DNA of 13,543 nt, from the IMG/VR virus record IMGVR_UViG_2657245483_000004; one strand, given 5' to 3'. This stretch comes from a virus (taxonomy: Duplodnaviria; Heunggongvirae; Uroviricota; Caudoviricetes). The notes beneath the pieces were generated by a model that was not told the origin of the DNA, did no database searches, and saw nothing but the letters and a program-made list of their open reading frames with translations. Numbering within the stretch: position 1 is the first letter of the stretch; every line of letters begins with the position of its first letter. Below, piece after piece: positions 7,429-12,727 of the stretch. Position numbers and translations under genes: made by a program.

Positions 7429-8499
7429 ATGGCTAACGCCTGGCTCAGATTATGGCATGACATGCCAAATGACCCTAAGTGGCGAACAATTGCCAGGGTG
7501 TCAGGGCAGCCAATTGCAACAGTGATGGCAGTGTATATCCACCTCCTGGTGAGCGCGTCACGAAATGTCACGCGAGGTCACATTGATGTCACGACAGAAG
7601 ATTTGGCAAGTGCGCTCGACGTGACAGAAGAGGTAATTGATTCAATTTTGCAGACGATGCAGGGGCGGGTACTTGATGGTGATTTAATCACTGGATGGGA
7701 AAAACGCCAGGTGCTGAAAGAGGACAACGGCAATATTTCGCAAACCGCAAAATCTCCGGCAGAGCGCAAGAGGGCGCAGCGAGAGAGGGAAAGAAAGCGG
7801 GAACAAAATGGCGATTGTCACGGCGCGTCACGAAATGTCACGCACATGTCACGACGAGTCACGACAGATAAAGATACAGATAAAGATACAGATCAAGAAG
7901 ATCAAAACACTATGGTCCATGGCGTAAAAAACGCCACGAACCAGGCAGGGGATGTTCAGACCGTCAATCCTGGTCAGCCAGCAGGCACGACACCGGAAGC
8001 CGATTCAGCGTATGCGCTGAAAGCCGATTCGGGCGCTGTGCAGCAGGTGATGACCCCAAGGCCGGAGCAATCACACCAACTGCAGCAGCCTGAAGCCGAT
8101 TCCGCCATTCAGCGGGAAGCCGATCGGGTAGTCCCGGAAAACACCGGGCTGTCTGTGGGACGAGTGGATTATCCGGATGTGTTCGAACAGGTCTGGCGGG
8201 AGTACCCGTTGCGTGCCGGAGCAAACCCGAAGAAATCCGCTTTCAGTGCCTGGAAGGCCAGATTACGCGAGGGGGTGCCACCAGAGGCCATGCTGGATGG
8301 CGTGAGGCGTTACGCAAGATACTTGGCGGCTACCGGGAAAACGGGAACGGAATTTGTTCAGCGAGCGACGACGTTTTTTGGACCGGACCGGAATTTTGAG
8401 AACCCCTGGTTGCTCCCGGTAAGCGGCACGAACAACCAGCGTTGTGTGAATCATATTTCTGAACCGGATACCGAAATTCCACCGGGCTTCAGGGGGTAA
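7429..8499 (+). CDS. Phage replication initiation protein (O-like; DUF1376-type N-terminal domain)
   Basis: Track ORF 7423..8499 opens at GTG. ATG at 7429-7431 has GAGGTGA 5 nt upstream. N-terminus (MANAWLRLWHDMPNDPKWRTIARVSGQPIATVMAVYIHLLVSAS) resembles prophage replication proteins. Iteron-like repeats lie inside the gene, as with ori-lambda inside O. Confidence 0.75.
   Translation: MANAWLRLWHDMPNDPKWRTIARVSGQPIATVMAVYIHLLVSASRNVTRGHIDVTTEDLASALDVTEEVIDSILQTMQGRVLDGDLITGWEKRQVLKEDNGNISQTAKSPAERKRAQRERERKREQNGDCHGASRNVTHMSRRVTTDKDTDKDTDQEDQNTMVHGVKNATNQAGDVQTVNPGQPAGTTPEADSAYALKADSGAVQQVMTPRPEQSHQLQQPEADSAIQREADRVVPENTGLSVGRVDYPDVFEQVWREYPLRAGANPKKSAFSAWKARLREGVPPEAMLDGVRRYARYLAATGKTGTEFVQRATTFFGPDRNFENPWLLPVSGTNNQRCVNHISEPDTEIPPGFRG
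7553..7600. repeat. Iteron-like cluster 1: four GTCAC(G/A) copies at helical spacing
   Basis: GTCACG at 7557, 7567 and 7588, GTCACA at 7577 (spacings 10, 10, 11 bp). The 21-mer GCGCGTCACGAAATGTCACGC (7553-7573) is repeated exactly at 7823-7843. Confidence 0.55.
7817..7908. repeat. Iteron-like cluster 2 followed by an A-rich tandem repeat (candidate phage origin)
   Basis: Five GTCACG copies at 7817, 7827, 7837, 7848, 7858 (spacings 10, 10, 11, 10). Then GATAAAGATACA twice (7867-7890) and a degenerate third, GATCAAGAAGATCAAAAC (7891-7908). Confidence 0.55.
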
Positions 8500-8539
8500 G
8501 TGTTGATTTCTGGTCATGAGGTAATTTTCAGGAGGGCTT

Positions 8540-8962
8540 GTGGCAAAAGTTTTTACACAAGAAGAGCGAGAAAAAATTAAAGGGCAGGTTGTTGAACTCG
8601 TACGCCAGAGTGGGCGTGAGACGTTACGGCAACTGGAAGTCAAGACAGGTGCGACAAGATATCTGATGAGCGTTCTCGCAAGAGAGCTGGTTGCCAGCGG
8701 CGATGTATACAACTCCGGCTACGGGTTATTCCCCTCTGAACAGGCGCGTAAGGACTGGCAAAACGCCCGCAAAAAACTCTCGAGGGCAAAGGTGAAGAAA
8801 CCTGCTGTGGTTGATCCGGACCTTATCTGGTCATCACCTGACGGAGAAATACGTCGCTACGACAGTCGCCTAAACATAATCTGTCGCGAGTGCCGGAAGA
8901 GTGAAGCTATGCAGCGTGTACTGGCTTTCTATCAGGGTAATTTTCAGGAGGCGGTACTGTGA
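8540..8962 (+). CDS. Hypothetical early-region protein (140 aa)
   Basis: Track ORF. GTG start at 8540 preceded by AGGAGGG with a short spacer. Follows the replication initiator in the position where lambdoid phages usually encode a helicase loader, but it is too small and shows no Walker motifs. Confidence 0.55.
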   Translation: MAKVFTQEEREKIKGQVVELVRQSGRETLRQLEVKTGATRYLMSVLARELVASGDVYNSGYGLFPSEQARKDWQNARKKLSRAKVKKPAVVDPDLIWSSPDGEIRRYDSRLNIICRECRKSEAMQRVLAFYQGNFQEAVL

Positions 8963-9019
8963 GTGAAATTAGCTATCAGGCTTCAATTACCGCTGGCATT
9001 CGCATCAAAGGAGAGGAGC

Positions 9020-9376
9020 ATGGAAATAAAACCAGAGGATGAGTTAAGCAATATCGTTTTATTTCCGGTAAAAGAGGATGACCCTCGTAATCAGGTTAAT
9101 TTTCTTTATGAGCCATCGGAAAGACCATATTGTCATCACGCCTCTGTCCGGGTTGACGAAAAAGAGCGTCAGGTCCGCTGTAAAATCTGCGGTGCAGTTG
9201 TGGAGCCATTTGACTGGATGCTCTCTGTGGCGAAAAGAGAAACCAGACTGGCAGATGATGTAAGGCTCTTGCGTCAGGAGGAGCGGGAAAGGCGAAAAAA
9301 TATAGAAAAGCTAATTCAGATTGAGCGTAACGCGAAAGCGCGGATACGCAGGGCGACAAAATCCAGAACTGAATAA
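9020..9376 (+). CDS. Hypothetical protein with putative zinc ribbon and basic coiled-coil-like C-terminus
   Basis: ATG at 9020 with AGGAGAGGAG SD immediately upstream; the track's upstream GTG start at 8963 has no SD. Contains C-HH...C-x2-C (CHHASVRVDEKERQVRCKICG) and an R/K/E-rich C-terminus. Confidence 0.6.
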   Translation: MEIKPEDELSNIVLFPVKEDDPRNQVNFLYEPSERPYCHHASVRVDEKERQVRCKICGAVVEPFDWMLSVAKRETRLADDVRLLRQEERERRKNIEKLIQIERNAKARIRRATKSRTE

Positions 9377-9469
9377 TTAAATTTAGCTCTGTTAAAAATT
9401 TAATCCTTAACCGGAGGGATTTCTGCACCCTCAGAACATCAGGAGGCCGCCCGAAAGGGCGGTAGTTAA

Positions 9470-9652
9470 ATGCGAAAGTTTAAAATAATTATTGAAACGG
9501 GAATAGCCGGTGGAGATTTCGAGGATGAATTCGAAGTGGATGATGATGCGACGCCTGATGAAATACATGACGAAGCAAAAGATATTTTCTTTAACTACTG
9601 CAATTACTCATATCACGAAATAAAAGACGAAGAGGAAGAACAAAATGGCTGA
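9470..9652 (+). CDS. Strongly acidic small protein (60 aa), function unknown
   Basis: Track ORF. About one third of residues are D/E (DFEDEFEVDDDATPDEIHDE...KDEEEEQ). An AGGAGG SD (9441-9446) is separated from the ATG by a GC hairpin. Confidence 0.55.
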   Translation: MRKFKIIIETGIAGGDFEDEFEVDDDATPDEIHDEAKDIFFNYCNYSYHEIKDEEEEQNG

Positions 9653-9821
9653 TTTTGGTTCAACTAAATACAACGTCAGTTTTGAAGAATGGCATGAACT
9701 GTTAATGGACTATGCAGAGTTACGTGGTGGCAGTGCTGCTGATGCTGAAGCATGGCGTGATGATTATGAAGCAGGAAAAACTCCGGTCGAAGCATATTGT
9801 GATGAGTGGGGCGATGAATGA
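9645..9821 (+). CDS. Acidic small protein (58 aa), function unknown
   Basis: Not in the track (under 60 aa). MADFGSTKYNVSFEEWHELLMDYAELRGGSAADAEAWRDDYEAGKTPVEAYCDEWGDE. GAGGAAG SD 6 nt upstream. Its start overlaps the previous stop (ATGGCTGA) and its stop overlaps the next ATG (ATGA at 9818-9821). Confidence 0.5.
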   Translation: MADFGSTKYNVSFEEWHELLMDYAELRGGSAADAEAWRDDYEAGKTPVEAYCDEWGDE

Positions 9822-10075
9822 GCGAGGTTAATTATCAGGAAGGGCATGAAACGGCGGGGCAAGCAAAAACAGTGGCATGGCGATATCGCTACGTGAAAAA
9901 AAAGGCGTTACGGACTTTCAGGGGAAGTAGTGGTCTGGTGACTGGAAATATGTACCGAAAAAAGAGGATTGTAACGACAGGCCGAACTATGAAATTCAGG
10001 CCTTATTCACTGCCCCGCCAGTCCCGGTTACATCAGAAGAACTGGTTAAAGCTGTGCACTTTTATGAACAACTAA
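9818..10075 (+). CDS. Hypothetical ORF, frame uncertain
   Basis: Track ORF with an ATGA-coupled start, but the translation is unusually basic and low-complexity. A more protein-like alternative frame exists over 9931-10134; see findings. Confidence 0.3.
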   Translation: MSEVNYQEGHETAGQAKTVAWRYRYVKKKALRTFRGSSGLVTGNMYRKKRIVTTGRTMKFRPYSLPRQSRLHQKNWLKLCTFMNN

Positions 10076-10304
10076 AACGCGAAAATCCACCAGCATCCGG
10101 AAACCTGATTACAGATTCCCAGATAAGGCAATGAGCTACCTGGCGCAGAACGGGCTGATAAGTATGGGGAATGTTTTACGATGAATATTTAGACTAAAGA
10201 GTTTGTAACGCTATGTAAGTGATTTTTTCTGGTTTAGATATTTATATGTCCGGCCAAATTGAGGTGTGTTTAAATGTAATTGCACATTGATTGTAGGAGG
10301 AATA

Positions 10305-10484
10305 ATGAAAAACGCATTGCAGTTTTTGTTTGTTGCGTTCTGGTTGTTCGTATCATGTATGCCCATCATCTTCACAGCAAGGTATATGGAAAAAGTTGAT
10401 GTTTTGATATTAATATTTGGATATATAAATGCCCTTTTTTTAGGGGTGTTCATGGCGGTCATGTGCATTGAATACTGGCGGTAA
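10305..10484 (+). CDS. Small membrane protein (59 aa, two predicted transmembrane helices)
   Basis: MKNALQFLFVAFWLFVSCMPIIFTARYMEKVDVLILIFGYINALFLGVFMAVMCIEYWR. AGGAGG lies 5 nt upstream of ATG 10305. Two hydrophobic stretches. Sits in a visibly AT-rich islet. The antisense track ORF 10211..10468 lacks an SD. Confidence 0.55.
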   Translation: MKNALQFLFVAFWLFVSCMPIIFTARYMEKVDVLILIFGYINALFLGVFMAVMCIEYWR

Positions 10485-10539
10485 ATACAGCGAACGCCAT
10501 TGGTTTAGTTGGATATTTACTGTGCCGGACAAAAACGGT

Positions 10540-10567
10540 TTGCGGGGAAATCTTAGTTAAGTAGAAT
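10540..10567 (+). promoter_or_regulatory. Candidate promoter of the hok mRNA
   Basis: TTGCGG (10540-10545), 16-bp spacer, TAGAAT (10562-10567). The predicted 5' end near 10573 begins the GCGGGTGCTTGAGG element that is complementary to the 3' end. Confidence 0.45.
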
Positions 10568-10611
10568 GACTGCGGGTGCTTGAGGCTATCTGTCTCAGGC
10601 ATGAACACCAA

Positions 10612-10683
10612 AAGGCAGATAGAGAAAAGCCCCAGTTAACATTACGCGTCCTGCAAGACGCTTAACATTAATCTGAGGCCATA
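10612..10683 (-). ncRNA. Putative Sok-like antisense RNA (approximate bounds)
   Basis: Minus-strand promoter-like TTGACC (plus 10714-10719), 18-bp spacer, TAATCT. The transcript would be antisense to the mok start and leader. A minus-strand hairpin (GCGTC-ttgcag-GACGC) is followed by a T-rich stretch. Inferred by analogy with hok/sok loci; ends not determined. Confidence 0.3.
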
Positions 10684-10686
10684 TCT

Positions 10687-10746
10687 ATGCGACACATAGA
10701 GATTAGCCTCTTACGGACCGAAAGGTCAAGGAGAAGCAGGCTATGA
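10687..10746 (+). CDS. mok-like leader ORF (19 codons) coupled to hok
   Basis: ATG 10687 ... TGA 10744-10746, overlapping the hok ATG (10743-10745) as ATGA; AAGGAGAAG lies within it just upstream of hok. Shorter than the plasmid R1 mok, so assignment is by position. Confidence 0.4.
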   Translation: MRHIEISLLRTERSRRSRL

Positions 10747-10898
10747 AGCAGCAAAAGGCGATGTTAATCGCCCTGATCGTCATCTGTTTAACCGTCATAG
10801 TGACGGCACTGGTAACGAGGAAAGACCTCTGCGAGGTACGAATCCGAACCGGCCAGACGGAGGTCGCTGTCTTCACAGCTTACGAACCTGAGGAGTAA
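10743..10898 (+). CDS. hokD: Hok-family type I toxin (51 aa), HokD/RelF-like
   Basis: Not in the track (under 60 aa). MKQQKAMLIALIVICLTVIVTALVTRKDLCEVRIRTGQTEVAVFTAYEPEE: single transmembrane helix plus conserved Hok C-terminal part. Matches recalled HokD (RelF). Confidence 0.85.
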   Translation: MKQQKAMLIALIVICLTVIVTALVTRKDLCEVRIRTGQTEVAVFTAYEPEE

Positions 10899-10967
10899 GA
10901 GACCTGGCGGGGGAGAAATCCCTCGCCACCTCTGATGTGTCAGGCATCCTCAACGCACCCGCACGTA

Positions 10968-10993
10968 ACCCGCTTCGGCGGGTTTTGTTTTTT
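10968..10993 (+). terminator. Intrinsic terminator at the 3' end of the hok mRNA
   Basis: ACCCGC-TTCG-GCGGGT stem-loop followed by TTTGTTTTTT. The 3' fold-back element (10948-10962) lies immediately upstream. Confidence 0.6.
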
Positions 10994-11065
10994 CCTGGCA
11001 TTCTGGTTTACAATTCGCACGCCAGCCTGAACAACTGGCACCTGCTGCGCCAGCAGAGACAACCG

Positions 11066-11344
11066 ATGGCGCACGATACCAAATTACACAATTCTAATGA
11101 TTCTGCCGTCTTTGCCAGTAGGTGCGGACGGCGTTTTCACGCATTCAAATCAGACTGGTTCCAGCATCCTCCATGCACTGAAGAGCAGGCGGAATGGATA
11201 ATTCAGTGTTACCGCAGGCGCGGATACGAGGTTAAGAAAGCTCTTAGCCTCGACTACCGTCACTGGATAATCTCAGTCAGACTCCCTTACTCCGAACGCC
11301 CACCGCGTTCATCCCGCACATACCAGCAACGGATCTGGAGGTAA
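11066..11344 (+). CDS. rem: Rem-like small protein
   Basis: MAHDTKLHNSNDSAVFASRCGRRFHAFKSDWFQHPPCTEEQ... The track ORF starts at 10937 inside the hok terminator, so the first ATG downstream of it (11066) is used. Position between hok and the DUF968 gene matches the Qin order as recalled. Weak SD. Confidence 0.5.
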   Translation: MAHDTKLHNSNDSAVFASRCGRRFHAFKSDWFQHPPCTEEQAEWIIQCYRRRGYEVKKALSLDYRHWIISVRLPYSERPPRSSRTYQQRIWR

Positions 11345-11345
11345 C

Positions 11346-12395
11346 GTGCGGGTATTACTTCGACCTGTTCTGGTACCGGAACTCGGGGTGGTGATCGTTA
11401 AGCCGGGCCGTGAATCCATGCCGGTATTCCACAATACCCGGGTACTGGTGGAGCCGGAACCGAAAAGCATGCGTAATCTGCCGTCCGGGGTCGTTCCTGC
11501 CGTTCGCCAGCCGCTGGTGGAAGACAAAACATTGCTGCCGTTTTTCAGTAACGCACGGGTGATTCGTGCTGCTGGTGGTGCTGGTGCATTGTCTGACTGG
11601 CTGTTGCGCCATATTAAATCCTGCCAGTGGCCACACGGCGATTATCACCACAGTGAAACCGTCATTCACCGTTATGGTACCGGCGCAATGGTGTTGTGCT
11701 GGCACTGCGACAACCAGCTGCGTGACCAGACATCCGAATCACTCGAGCAACTTGCTCATCAAAACCTGTCAGCATGGATGATTGACGTCATCGGTCACGC
11801 AATAAGCGGTACGCAGGAGCGTGAATTATCTCTGGCTGAATTATCCTGGTGGGCGGTCCGAAATCAGGTGGCGGATGCGCTACCTGAAGCGGTATTACGT
11901 CGCTCGCTGGGATTACCAGCGGAAAAAATCCGCTCAATGTACCGCGAAAGCGACATCGTACCGGGAGAGCAGACCGCCACCAGCATATTGAAACAGCGCA
12001 CAAAAAATCTTGCACTGTTGCCTCACGCCCACCAGGAACAACACCCACTACAGGAAAGGACGGTGGTAAGCATCACCGTTGATCCTGAGTCTCCGGAATC
12101 TTTCATGAAGCTACCTAAACGTCGCCGCTGGGTTAAGGAGAAATACACTCGCTGGGTGAAGACACAGCCGTGTGCTTGCTGCGGTATGCCAGCCGACGAT
12201 CCGCATCATCTGATTGGTCACGGGCAGGGCGGAATGGGAACCAAAGCACATGATCTTTTTGTGTTGCCTTTATGCAGAAAGCATCACGACGAACTGCATA
12301 CGGATACCGTGGCATTTGAAGAGAAGTATGGCTCCCAACTGGAGCTGATTTTTCGATTTATCGATCACGCGCTGGCAATTGGTGTGCTGGCCTAA
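11346..12395 (+). CDS. ydfU: DUF968-family protein (YdfU-like) with C-terminal Cys/His cluster
   Basis: Track ORF, 349 aa. GTG start with GGAGG 8 nt upstream; the rem stop TAA at 11342-11344 ends one nucleotide before the GTG. C-terminal PCACCGMPADDPHHLIGHGQGG...LPLCRKHHDELH. Confidence 0.8.
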   Translation: MRVLLRPVLVPELGVVIVKPGRESMPVFHNTRVLVEPEPKSMRNLPSGVVPAVRQPLVEDKTLLPFFSNARVIRAAGGAGALSDWLLRHIKSCQWPHGDYHHSETVIHRYGTGAMVLCWHCDNQLRDQTSESLEQLAHQNLSAWMIDVIGHAISGTQERELSLAELSWWAVRNQVADALPEAVLRRSLGLPAEKIRSMYRESDIVPGEQTATSILKQRTKNLALLPHAHQEQHPLQERTVVSITVDPESPESFMKLPKRRRWVKEKYTRWVKTQPCACCGMPADDPHHLIGHGQGGMGTKAHDLFVLPLCRKHHDELHTDTVAFEEKYGSQLELIFRFIDHALAIGVLA

Positions 12396-12412
12396 TTTTG
12401 TGGAGTAAGTTG

Positions 12413-12453
12413 ATGCGTGATATTCAGATGGTTCTTGAGCGTTGGGGAGCGTG
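12413..12453 (+). CDS. Q-like late antiterminator, N-terminal fragment only (truncated by the N gap)
   Basis: ATG 12413 with GGAG 7 nt upstream; encodes MRDIQMVLERWGA, matching the recalled N-terminus of Q antiterminators of phage 21 / 933W type. The frame runs into N at 12454. Confidence 0.5.
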
Positions 12454-12463
12454 NNNNNNNNNN
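12454..12463. other. Run of 10 N (assembly gap or masked bases)
   Basis: Literal n characters in the sequence; they interrupt the Q-like ORF. Confidence 0.99.
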
Positions 12464-12522
12464 TAATCGCACACTAACAGACTGAAAAAATTAATAAATA
12501 CCCTGTGGTTTAACATATTAAC

Positions 12523-12560
12523 TTCGCTCTCCACTTAACTTTTTAGTTAAGGAGAGCGAA
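12523..12560. repeat. Near-perfect 38-bp palindrome in the AT-rich leader
   Basis: TTCGCTCTCCACTTAACT-tttt-AGTTAAGGAGAGCGAA; arms are reverse complements except for one bulged base. No T-run follows. Confidence 0.5.
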
Positions 12561-12727
12561 ATAATATCAAAGTAGCAGTAAAACCTATAACGTAAATTTA
12601 AATTGTTAAATTAACGCCCTCCAGTACACAATACTTCACACGTTAGTTATGAGCGATTTCTGATAGTGCCTGGTTTAATCAGAGCTTTATTATCTGCGAC
12701 GTTTATTTTTATTTAAGAGAGATCGCG

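Noticed and set aside
7553-7908. Iteron clusters as a possible CRISPR array
   Set aside because: The repeat units are 6-21 bp at helical spacing inside a coding sequence, not 28-37-bp repeats separated by unique spacers.
7578-8712. Minus-strand ORFs inside the replication gene (7578..7769, 7964..8224, 8263..8712)
   Set aside because: Antisense to a well-supported gene; translations are proline/arginine-rich.
9447-9462. GC hairpin read as an intrinsic terminator after the 118-aa gene
   Set aside because: It is followed by TAGTTAAATG rather than a T-run and sits between an SD and a start codon. Interpreted as part of the initiation region.
10211-10468. 85-aa minus-strand ORF antisense to the small membrane protein
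   Set aside because: No SD upstream of its ATG, whereas the plus-strand ORF has a near-consensus AGGAGG and a membrane-helix profile. An antisense RNA here is not excluded.
10937-11065. N-terminal extension of the rem-like ORF back to 10937
   Set aside because: It would run through the hok 3' fold-back element and terminator hairpin. The first ATG after the terminator (11066) is the more plausible start.
11309-12315. Minus-strand and internal ORFs within the DUF968 gene (11309..11527, 11355..11705, 11788..12048, 12133..12315 on minus; 11566..11781 on plus)
   Set aside because: They overlap the 349-aa DUF968 frame, which is supported by an SD and conserved gene order; no independent signals.
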